Assembly (NCBI RefSeq): GCF_006345805.1
Contig: NC_042999.1
Location: 122,016,001 to 122,080,000, forward strand
Direction: 5' to 3'
DNA: 64,000 nucleotides
From: Octopus sinensis
Taxonomy: Eukaryota
Shown: positions 52,973-64,000 of the stretch, in pieces
Layout of the letters: each line of letters begins with the position of its first letter
Numbering within the stretch: the first letter of the stretch is position 1
The notes under the pieces: generated by a model
Told to the model about the DNA's origin: nothing
Database searches by the model: none
Seen by the model: the letters and a program-made list of their open reading frames with translations, nothing else
Position numbers and translations under genes: made by a program

Positions 52973-53105
52973 TGCACATATATATATATATACATATACA
53001 TACACACACACATGTATATATATACATATATATTCCCCTCTCCTACTGTGCTCGCTACACATTCTGACTGAATTTTCCATGTGTTTACATGTACCTTATT
53101 TGATC

Positions 53106-53206
53106 AAGATATCCTTGGCCTGAAGAGTAGCCAGCGGTATACACCTTGCTTGGATATTTACCACTTCTGAGGTTCCGCTCACTGTGAAACATGTAGCCTG
53201 GATCTT
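53106..53206 (+). ncRNA. Putative type I minimal hammerhead ribozyme (Penelope pseudo-LTR type)
   Basis: Stem I GGC/GCC extended by ATCC/GGAT and AAG/CTT; core CTGAAGA 53120-53126; stem II GTAG..AGCGG/CCGCT..CTGT; GAAA 53186-53189; palindromic ACATGT; GUA cleavage triplet 53193-53195. Confidence 0.65.
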
Positions 53207-53444
53207 ATCCACTCCATTCCTTTACTCCTGTATTCTTATTTATACATTCAGTAATCCTGGTTGCCTACCGGGGAAATATGTATAAAAAAAAACTTTTTTC
53301 AGTTTATCTTACTCTAACATGAAAAAAAAAAATATCCACAATCTTTCATCTCAATAAACCACTATTTTCTCTGAAAGTTGTTTTTTACATTTACTATAGC
53401 TTGCTTGAAGCTAACTTTCTTCCTACATCTTGAACTCTGGATCT

Positions 53445-53449
<5 letters not shown>

Positions 53450-53493
<44 letters not shown>

Positions 53494-53884
53494 GAAGAGA
53501 GGTAATGGTGTCAAAAGACCCAAAGGTGTCAGGTAACGCTGAGTAAGTGCTATGGACAGACTAAAGTTAAGCTCCATGTTTGGTGATTCTGCAAATGAGT
53601 CCAATGTAGGTCATATATCAGCATGTGTATATAGAACAATTTTCAGAAGGAGATAAAAATCCAAGATTTTAGAACATTTATAAATAGGTTTCCAGAATAT
53701 TTTATATATCCCTTCATCAGAGACGGTGTGAAAAATGATTGTCCTATACTATGCATATATAAATTCCTCTATTCACTTATATCGAGGTCTCATTCTTTTG
53801 TTGTCATTGTATAATTATTATCGATATATATATATTTACATATATATATATTTACATATATATATATACATATATAATATACAG

Positions 53885-53945
<61 letters not shown>

Positions 53946-54337
53946 GAAGAGAGGTAATGGTGTCAAAAGACCCAAAGGTGTCAGGTAACGCTGAGTAAGT
54001 GCTATGGACAGACTAAAGTTAAGCTCCATGTTTGGTGATTCTGCAAATGAGTCCAATGTAGGTCATATATCAGCATGTGTATATAGAACAATTTTCAGAA
54101 GGAGATAAAAATCCAAGATTTTAGAACATTTATAAATAGGTTTCCAGAATATTTTATATATCCCTTCATCAGAGACGGTGTGAAAAAATGATTGTCCTAT
54201 ACTATGCATATATAAATTCCTCTATTCACTTATATCGAGGTCTCATTCTTTTGTTGTCATTGTATAATTATTATCGATATATATATATATTTAATATATA
54301 TATATTTACATATATATATATACATATATAAATATAC

Positions 54338-54385
<48 letters not shown>
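53450..54385. repeat. Near-identical tandem duplication, period 452 bp
   Basis: GAGGAAGAGAGGTAATGG at 53491 and 53943; the unique parts differ only by small indels in runs; bounded by (TA)n(GA)n. Confidence 0.93.
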
Positions 54386-54391
<6 letters not shown>

Positions 54392-54518
54392 GTATGTACA
54401 CACACATATATATATATTTAAATACATATGCGGATATTTTTATTTATAGTAATATCAGTGTTTTAGCATGCGTAAAATAACATATAACTGCATTATTAAT
54501 ATATATATGTTTACATAT

Positions 54519-54575
<57 letters not shown>

Positions 54576-55259
54576 CATATATAAAAGTGAGTTTAAATGG
54601 ATATATTATCTGGTTGGATATTGTGTTTGCACTCCATTGAGTTCCAGTTGTGTGTGGCAGTTAATGTGTGCTTGTTCGAGGACATACATGTGTGTGTAGG
54701 AATTTGTATAAATATACATACATGCATATGTAGATATAGAGAGATAGGTAATCCAACAAATATGTGTAATACATATGTGGCTTAAAGAGGAGACAATGAG
54801 TCTGATTTTAGTTTGAAAGAAAGGAATGCTAAAGCATTTGGATTCAAAACTATCAGACCCTTGACATTTTAACATCTGATTTATAGTAGATGGCACAGCT
54901 GGACATTCTTTTATAGTGATGAGGAAAACTATTAACAAGAAGGGAAGATAAATATCTTAATAAATCCTACTGACTCCTTCTTAATCCACTTGCTTCCTTT
55001 GTTTTCATTTGTTTTATTTTTTTTACATAAATATGATCATGCAGACCCACCCACTTAGGTATGCATATATTTTGAAGTTTTTTAGAATTAATCAGCATAT
55101 AAGCTTTCATGGAATTCTGAGGTATCGTGGTTCAATATGTGTTGTAAAATAAATTCCACAAAATGCATGAAAATTAAGCAGTAGTTGCTGATATAGTTAC
55201 ATCATGCAAGTTTATATGATTAAACAATGACGAAACAATTGTAAATGAAGTATTAAAAG

Positions 55260-55930
55260 GATGCACATGCATTCACACACACCTTCCCACTCCACACACA
55301 CTAGCACCTAATGCCTCCTAATCCCTAACTCTTGTCACACGTATACCACCCCACACCTCCATGCATTCCCCCCACAATGCATAGTATCCATTCCTAAAGC
55401 CTCACACAATGCACAAGCACACAACACGCCTGAACACAGACAATATACACACACACATAACACATATAAACACATATAACTTTTGCACATAAACATAAAC
55501 AACACACACACACACACACTATAGGGTCTCACACATACACTTCATAAACTAACAAACACACATTTTGTTCACTAATACACACATACACACATGTGCACAT
55601 GTCACTCAAACACGCACTTATTAACTGCTACATACAAGCATTTGCACACTCGCACATACACACATGTCACATTGCCTCACACATAGACACACACGTCCAT
55701 ATGCACATGCACGTACACACAGACAAATACATGAAATGCATATCACTCCAAACAATGCATGTACTAGGTTAATTATACACATACACACACACACACACAC
55801 TTCCTTATATGTACATACAGGCTCACATGATTTTAAGGTTGTCCACACATACATTCACAAGTGCTCAGTCCCATTTACATATACACCCTCACACACACCA
55901 TTCTTACATACACAGACTTGCTTGTGCACC
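55260..55930. repeat. Degenerate (CA)-rich low-complexity tract
   Basis: CA/AC-dominated sequence; source of the His/Thr-rich ORFs. Confidence 0.8.
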
Positions 55931-56649
55931 GTAGTTCAGTCAGATCACCATTATTGTCTCACTCAGCCTCTTTCTTTTGGTCATTTCATCCTTACACATT
56001 TAATCCTTACACATTTTTTCTCCCACGGTTTTTTTCTTTTTCATTCTCTCTCCATTTTTTCCTCTGAACCCTTTCTGTCGCAGAGCATTGGATTGAAATG
56101 TAAGATACTTTTCCATTCTTCCCAAGTGTAAAACTAATACACCTGCTTGTTGTTTCCTCACCTGTCTTCATTTATTTTCTGTAAATTTGAACAACACACA
56201 CACACACACACACACACATACACATATATATATACATATGATCAAACAAACTCCAAAGAGTCTGATGTAGGTATACTTTAGTAAAATCAATAAAATGTGT
56301 CTAGTGAACTTGGCATGGAGAGTTGAAAGTCTGACATTTCAGTGTTCTTTCTCAGGAAAAATTTGAAAGGAGAGAAATAAATGAGAGATAGCACAATTTT
56401 ACATCCTCTACGTTAAAAAAAAAAAAAAAAAAAACTGCCTGCAGCTAGTTTTTTTTCCTTTTTAAACTTTGAGTATGTAAAACCCTACTGTCTCATTTAT
56501 TTTTCTCTTTTCAACTTTCTCTGATGAAGGACAGAGTCTGAAATTTTGGATTTTTCAACTCTTAATGGCAAGTTCATTGTACTCTTTTTAGCGATTTTGC
56601 TACAAATTGGATGTATGTGTGTGCATATGCACACACATACATGTACATT

Positions 56650-56874
56650 CAAGGGGGTGATGAAAAATACCCGGCTTTGAGTAAAAGAAAATACAGGTGG
56701 ATCAGTTATTTTTCTGATTTTATCCAACATATTTCCCTCTAGGATTCACACATGTATTGCAGCAGTTCTTCAATTTTTTAAAGTCCTGTAAAAGAACTCA
56801 GAAGTTTGGGCCTCCAACCAGGCCTTTTGTGATCGTGATACCCTTAAAGCCAAGAACATTCCAGCACACCCTCA
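56650..56874. mobile_element. Mariner-derived MITE
   Basis: CAAGGGGGTGATGAAAAATACCCGGCTTT ... AAAGCCAAGAACATTCCAGCACACCCTCA|TA degenerate TIRs. Confidence 0.6.
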
Positions 56875-57179
56875 TATCTATATAATTAGTAGCTGCTTAT
56901 TGCATAACCTCATTACAATTTCAAGCCGTGTTGTTAAATAATTCTTCAGGCAAAGAATGGTAAGGTGTTTGATTTCATCTATATATATTAAAATCTTGTA
57001 ATTTATTCTCTTTTTGTAAACACTTTATAATCTAGTCATAACATTTCCATTTTTCAAAAGCTAGTTATTATTGGCTGCTCTTTTAGGGATGGTCACTGTT
57101 CTTGTATAAGATTTGCGGAGGATCTTTTTCCTTTTCTATTTTTCATTCTTTTTTCTTTTTTTACAAGTTACTTAGCAAC

Positions 57180-57385
57180 CTCACTTGTGCCAGTGGTATG
57201 AAGAAAAGCACCCAGTCTATTTTGTAAAGTGGTTGGCATGAGTAAGGGCATCCAGCCATAGAAACCATACCAGAATTGACTTTAGAGCCTGATGCTGCCT
57301 TGTGGATTACCAGATCTTGTTAAACCATCCAACCCATGTTGACATGGAGAGTAGAAGTTAAATGATGATGGTGCTGCTGATGATA
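57180..57385 (+). mobile_element. RTE 3' end (family C), diverged
   Basis: GTGGTTGGCATGAGTAAGGGCATCCAGCC...CCAACCCATG..AAATGATGATG. Confidence 0.7.
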
Positions 57386-58277
57386 ATATATGCATGTTCT
57401 ACTGCAGAAAAACATTTTCTGTATATATGTTTAAATGAAATTATTTCGTAAAGTAAAAAGAATTTTTAAGGGATTATATTGAGTACTGATATTTAAAAGC
57501 TTGTTTTACAAATATAAGGGAAATGTGTTTAATTAGTATTTCACAATTAGTGGAATACCATTATGTTATCTAAGGTAGTAGTTATACATATTTGTATCAG
57601 CATGGTATGTTTATTCAATAAAATAAAGTTTTAAAATGTTAAGAAAATACCTAAACTCCAAATGAATTTATGTATGAGGTATTACTTTGTTTGAAGGGCA
57701 CAATCAAATATTGTAGATTATTAACTAAATATGTGGTGGCATGCAAATCTGGAATCCTTTTCATAATATTCTTAAGGTATAATTATAATGAGGATATCTA
57801 ATCTTGAATTGATTTCTTGTTCATTCTATGTAATGAATGCAATTCTCATTAATGTCAGATATGACTGAGCTGCTTAGATAACAGATATCTCTTTAGAATT
57901 ATTTTTGACTGGACATACATGTTTCAAGCATTAATGTTATTTGGATTCTGGGAATTTTAATTATTCATTGTTTTATTTTATTATTAATGGCTGATAGTGT
58001 GTAAATAAACTGTACTGTGTTGAAGATTTTTCTAAATTTATATCCAGGAGGAAAGTGTAATTTTATCAGATGGAAGATATAATTCCAATCAGGATTACTG
58101 ACATTGACCAAATATGATGATTATTACCGTCCAAACTTTTCTTGCATTTCCACATGCTAGAATGAGAATTTTGTGATATTTAACAGAGTTGTTAAAATCC
58201 ACTAAATGCTACAGCTAATCTGTTCAATAAGCCTGCCTGTATTATAAGAAACAGTGGTTGAAATAATATATATATAT

Positions 58278-58321
<44 letters not shown>

Positions 58322-58502
58322 GCACACAATTTAAAAATAGGATAAAACCTATATAAGAATTTATCAAGTAGTTAGTATGAAAAACCTCATAAGAGAAAAA
58401 AATTATCAATTTTTCTCTTAAATATATTTATATTATATAGAGTGCATGACTATACATAAATGTATAGTAATGTATAAGTAATGCCCTCTTTATAATATAT
58501 AT

Positions 58503-59027
58503 ATCATCATCATCATCATCGTTTAACGTCCGTTTTCCATGCTAGCATGGGTTGGACGGTTCAACTGGGGTCTGGGAAGCCAGAAGGCTGCGCCAGGCCC
58601 AGTCTGATCTGGCAGTGTTTCTACAGCTGGATGCCCTTCCTAATGCCAACCACTCCATGAGTGTAGTGGGTGCTTTTTATGTGCCACCTGTACAGGTGCC
58701 AGACGAGGCTAGCAAACGGCCATGATCGGATGGTGCTTTTTACATGCCACTGGCACGGAGGCCAGTCGGGGCGGCACTGGCAACGGCCACATTTGGATTG
58801 TTCTCTTACATGCCACCGGCACTGGTATCGCAGCTACAATTTCCATTGATGTTGATCGATTTTGATTTTGATTTTGATTTTCACTTGCCTCGACAGGTCT
58901 TCACAAGTAGGGTTTGTGTCACAAGAAGGAAAGGTATGCATAAGTGGGCTGGCTACGTCTCAGGTAGAGGCCACGGGTTATGGTCTCACTTGTCCTGCTG
59001 GGTCTTCCCATGCACAGCATACTTCCA
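58503..59027 (-). mobile_element. RTE 3' end including the last ORF codons and the full 3' UTR
   Basis: (CAT)n tail at 58503; subrepeats; (GATTTT)n; the minus strand ends matching 34960-35110. Confidence 0.85.
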
Positions 59028-59065
59028 AAGATGTATGTATGTATGTATACCTATTGATGTGTGTA

Positions 59066-59971
59066 TCTACTACATATGTAGGAAGATCTATCTGTGGAAG
59101 TGTTTGTAGAGTTGTTAGCTAACTCTTTCTACATTGTTTTATCGATTTTGATGAAACTTGATACATGAGTAGAACTCATGTCTGAAAATCTCATGGTATA
59201 CTCAGATTGTTGAAAAACATCGATAATAGGGCCCCTAGAAGGGCTCCTCATATATATCTAATATATTTCATTTTAGAATCCAAGGGAAATAACCCATTCA
59301 CCCAGATTTTAACAGCTAAAGGAAATAATCCATCCATTTTCCTAAATCATTTGGTATAAATCAAATTGAGTATGCTTATTTCTTAGTATTTGAAATGTTA
59401 GAGTTATTTTTGAAATTTATCCAGTACAACCCATAAACAAGTAAATAATATTTTCCTAAATAATGGATTCACTTATTTCAGTTAGTGACTTACTCATGAA
59501 TATATTAACACTAGTGCCGTTGAAGGTAATATTCTTTAGGAACGCACAAATGCTCTTTTCAGAGTTATTTACTTTGAATTATTATTATCTCATGACTGAT
59601 TAGCCTGTTAGTATATAACATGCTATCCGATTTTAATATACATACCTTATTAGTATTTCCTCCTAAATTCTATATACTCTGGGAACACATTAAAGCCCTT
59701 TTTGGGGCTACTTTATATGAATTCTTACTATCAAGTAACTAATTTCATGTTATTATATGACTGACTTCACAGTTTGGGTATTCATAACTTATTGGGAATT
59801 CCTAAAAACAAGATCCTGTATAAGACAATTTGGTATTCTCTGTAAATGCACAAAAGCCATATTAAGGGTTACATACTTTATATTGTTGTTATTGGATTAG
59901 TGAAACAATTATGAGAATAAAACCAAGGGATAAGCCCTGCTTTCCCAGGAATTACTATGTATGTCAGCTAG
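59066..59971 (+). mobile_element. Non-autonomous Helitron-like element
   Basis: A|TCTACTACATAT 5' end, ATCGATTTTGATGAAACTTG core motif, GC-rich subterminal stretch and CAGCTAG|T 3' end. Confidence 0.5.
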
Positions 59972-59985
59972 TATATATATATGTA

Positions 59986-60366
59986 GGAGGCGCAATGGCC
60001 CAGTGGTTAGGGCAGCAGACTCCCGGTCATAGGATCGCAGTTTCGATTCCCAGACCGGGCGTTTGTGAGTGTTTATTGAGCAAAAACACCTAAAGCTCCA
60101 CGAGGCTCCGGCAGGGGATGGTGGTGATCCCTGCTGTACTCTTTCACCTCAACTTTCTCACTCTTACTTCCTGTTTCTGTTGTACCTGTATTTCAAAGGG
60201 CCGGCCCTGTCACTCTCTGTGTCACGCGGAATATCCCCGAGAACTACGTTAAGGGTACAAGTGTCTGTGGAGTGCTCAGCCACTTACATGTTAATTTCAC
60301 GAGCAGGCTGTTCCGTTGATTCGGATCAACAGGAACCCTCGCCATTGTAACCGACTGAGTGCTTCC
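59986..60366 (+). mobile_element. tRNA-derived SINE (family E), relatively young
   Basis: A box TGGCCCAGTGGTTAGG, B box GTTTCGATTCCC, CpG-rich body. Confidence 0.8.
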
Positions 60367-61939
60367 TACTACTATATATATGTAGCATTGAATTGTTTGG
60401 TTTCTGCAAGTTTTAGATTCAGATCAGAATCATCAGCTTGATACCCAGAGATATTGTTGAAGGTTAATATGCTGCCAATGCTATAGATTCCTCTTCCAGT
60501 AGATTGGAATTTATTATGGATTAAGTTTAAAATGTGTGTGTGTGTATGTATGTATTTGTGTGTGTGTTTGTGTGTGTCATTGTGAAAGAGTATATATTTT
60601 GATATTATTTAACCAGCATCAGTTAATTCCATATTTACACAAACATTTTCTACTTTGCATAAAATGTATCATTCTCTTGATGTTTTACAACCAGATATCT
60701 CCTGCTTATTTCTCATAACTTCATTAGATATTCTTTTATTCTTTTACTTGTTTCAGTCATTTGACTGTGGCCATGCTGGAGCACCACCTTGAGAATTAAC
60801 AACAAAAATTAATATTGTTAGAAGCTCAAAGTAAAATTTATACATAGACAATATAAAACATTTATTATAAATTTTTTAAACAATGTATACACTGTAAACA
60901 TTTTTCGTCACATTTGACAATGCCAGTATTTCAGGTAATTTCACTTATTGTAATTCAGTTCCTTATCTATCAATTAATCTTCACTTCATTGGTTTTTCAT
61001 TTTGAACTAAAATGGTTTGACTCTTCACAACAGTTGTAACATTTTTCATGTAACTATACAACTATAGCTATACAACTACTTATATTCATTTCTGCAACTA
61101 GCCTGTATATGGTTTCTTTAAAGTGTTGAATTTTGTTGGAGAAAACGGTGCAATATATTATATATAAACCACTATCATTTGCTAGATTTAATTTTTCAAA
61201 TGTCCTTTGTGAGAGAGCTTATAAATAAACAATGGTGTGTAGAGAATGGGGCAGACAAGAGTCATGAATATTCATTTCAGAAGGGAGAGACATCCAATAA
61301 AATAGTGAAATTAAAACTAATTTTTCAAAAAAAAAAAAAAATTCTGTTTTATTGTAGAAATTGCCATGCAGTCGCTCACAGTGATGTGGATGTGGATGTG
61401 GATCCATGTTTTAATAAGGGAGACCATAATAGGGGACCTTTACATGTAAATACTGTGTGTAATACTAATTAAGATAATATATGTTGTGATAAATCTATGA
61501 ACATTGTGGAGTTCACTCAGATTCACATAGTGTGTTTGACACACCACAAACATTCAGCAATAACATTAAAGCTTTCTTGCTATGCTAATATAACCCTTTA
61601 AATATACACAGACAGTCTATTACCCTAACAAATATAATTAGTTCTGGGAAATCAGTCAAATCACGTTTGTGTAATGTAAAGTTGATTTGCACAATGTATT
61701 CTAAGTCAATTGTACAGTAAAGATAACTGTAAAATGTCCCAGAGAGTTATGTTAGGCTGAGTAACATTGGAGAACTCATATAATGCATGCCTAAAGGTAT
61801 GTACGTACATATACAGAGAATAATGTAGTAGCATTATAGGTTATGTCTGTGGTTTTTCCTTTTTTTATGTTTAGCATATCTACTGTCTATATTATTGTCT
61901 GTACAAATAATCCAGCAATTTGTTATGCTTGTACTCTAG

Positions 61940-64000
61940 ATGAATAAAGTGTTACTGAATGGAGCACTCAACAAGAACAAAGAGAGCTAGAGATAAAGGA
62001 GAGTCTAGGAAAAGTGAAGAATTTGATGCTTATTAAAAGTAGTGAAAATGATGTAGGGGAAGTAAAAGATAATATGGGAGCAGCAAAAGATTCTTCTGAT
62101 ATGGAATCAGAACATAATACTGTCTCTCCTCAGTCTCCTTGTAAGGATGATGATTCATTGAAGAATATAAAGGAGATTTTATCACATTTTTGCAAAAAAA
62201 TAATATTGAGTATTTGAAGAAATTGGTTCCAGATAACTTGAAAATGACAATAATACAAGATTGTCAGGAAAGATATCCAAATAAAAGTGGTCCATTTGGT
62301 GGGAAGGAGGTGGGGGGGTCCCAACAGTAGTTTGAGAAAGTTATGAAAATGGAAAATTGTGGAGTAGGTATAATTATTAAACTCTCCTTACTAGAAATAT
62401 TGTACTATTTTTGTTTGCTTTTGGTATTCAAAAGAGCAATAACCATTACTGTCAAACTTTAGCAATGAAGAAGGTTTCTTCACTTGAAGAAAGTTGAATC
62501 AACAAATATCTGACCATAAGGCAAGCCTTAGAGCATACTTAAAGGGAATACTTGTACCTTGCAGTATGACTCCAGAGTTTGACTTCAAAAGCAAATTTAT
62601 AATGAAAACAAAAAAATGGATAGCTATAACTGAATGGGTTGTTGAGGTTGCATCCTTTATGAAAAACAAAATCGAGCCATTGGTGGGCACTGACGGGTAG
62701 GAACATTTAATTTATTTCAGCCAGAAGAGACAACAAAAATACAGGCAACATGTTGGCAACGACCAGATTGTTGGCCAAGTATGATGTAATCTTAGCAGAT
62801 TACTTGCAAAGAGGGAGTCACCTTCTTATACAAAAGAAGTCAAAAGAGATTAATCAATCTCCTTAGTGATGTTTTCAAAAATAAATATAATTTCCAAAAT
62901 TAAGGATGCAAAATATTTTACCACATTACTGGATACAACTCTGGATATTGCTCATAAAGATTGGTTTTCTGAAATTGTGTGTTTAATACATATTGCTGAA
63001 AATAGAAAAGTAGAAATAAAAGAGGTATTTCTGGGATTTTTTGAAATCAATAAGAAAGATGCATATTGGAGAGATTGAAAGACAAAATTTCCCTCAGTGC
63101 CTATTACAGATAAGTATATGATAATACAATAGTTATGACTTAGTGAGGAGAGTCGTTTAGCAAAAAATTATTGAAATTAACCAAAGAGCTGTGTTTGTAA
63201 ATTGAGAACCCCAACTTCAATGTGGCATGTTCCCATGTAAGTGAGGTACGACTTGTAGTTGTTATGTTTACTATTTACTTCTTTTCTTAATCTACTCTTC
63301 ATTGGAAAGTACTTATTCCCCAAACTGTGAGAAGAGAATGGCATACAATATAGTGTTCCAACACTGATTCTGTGAAAGAATCTATGAAGAGGGATGACAA
63401 GTTTTTGAGGTTATTGCAAACCTCGAAAACTTGCAGGAAAGAGAATTTTCTAAGGATACTAACAATTTGATGCAGGATCACTTTTGAATTCTATTCAACA
63501 ATTCCTATTTATATCTTTGTTAACGTAATTTTATCATCAGCGGAGAAAATTTGCAGATCTGAAAATGGAGTTTTATAACCTTCTTGTGATCCCCCCCCTC
63601 AAAAAAAAACTTATGCAAATTCTGAATTTGAAAAATGACAAAATTACCCAGAATGCAATACTTTCAGCTAATGAATATTGTGAAAAATGGGGAATACCAA
63701 TTGGTGTGACTGCACAGCAAGAAATGAATAAACTAATGGTAGAGATCATGAACCAGTTAAAAACTGAAATGGAAAATCAGTGTTTTCCTTCAAGACCTCA
63801 AAGATTAGCTTTCATTTCGTCTGAATTCAAATTCAGTTGTAATTGAGGGCGAACAAGAAGGAGAAAGATTGAAAAAAGAATGTTTAGAATTCACAAATTA
63901 TTATGATAATGATGTGACAGTCATTCTGTTATATGATGAAATAATTAACCTTGCGATGTTCCTTTCATCTGGAGAAATACTGTTCTTTTTTATCCTAAAG
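61940..64000 (+). mobile_element. Decayed hAT transposase (ZMYM1/DUF4371-like), running off the window
   Basis: TTF-like Zn-finger remnant (YYFCLLF); IISKIKDAKYFTTLLDTTLDIAHKD..EIKEVFLGFF; YDN motif; NQRAVFVN CxxH-like region; many stops. Confidence 0.85.

Noticed and set aside
52672-53123. Several 70-130-aa Tyr/Ile/Cys/Val ORFs
   Set aside because: Pure TA/CA microsatellite translations
55664-56131. 155-aa ORF, the longest in the window
   Set aside because: CA-rich then T-rich low-complexity sequence; no recognisable family
59986-60060. Possible tRNA gene (likewise the heads at 400-477 and 16976-17040)
   Set aside because: A and B boxes are present but the acceptor and anticodon stems do not close, and each continues into a SINE body

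Overview
AT-rich, microsatellite-dense eukaryotic DNA. The repeat families look like those of Octopus (coleoid cephalopod); this is my recognition of the repeats, not a database result. No intact host gene could be recognised and nearly all listed ORFs are microsatellite or repeat artefacts. The window is a transposon graveyard. It holds a full-length decayed rosa/DD41D Tc1-mariner plus a partial second copy, an internally deleted mariner and several MITEs, and Helitron helicase relics with TC...CTAG non-autonomous Helitrons. It also holds a K02A2.6-type Ty3/Gypsy element with both LTRs but no RT core or RNase H, RTE LINE pieces and their (ATG)n-tailed 3' ends, at least four tRNA-derived SINE families, a Penelope-like RT fossil and a hAT transposase fossil. 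A 5.2-kb (TA)-rich array drifts progressively from A to C, probably a sequencing artefact. The most interesting signal is a set of minimal hammerhead-ribozyme motifs of the Penelope type: one with an intact catalytic core (53106-53206), one carried by a tRNA-headed SINE (16976-17207), and an inverted pair forming a palindrome (4013-4144). Together with the Penelope-like RT relic these suggest ribozyme-bearing non-autonomous retroelements. Candidate host exons are listed only as low-confidence leads.
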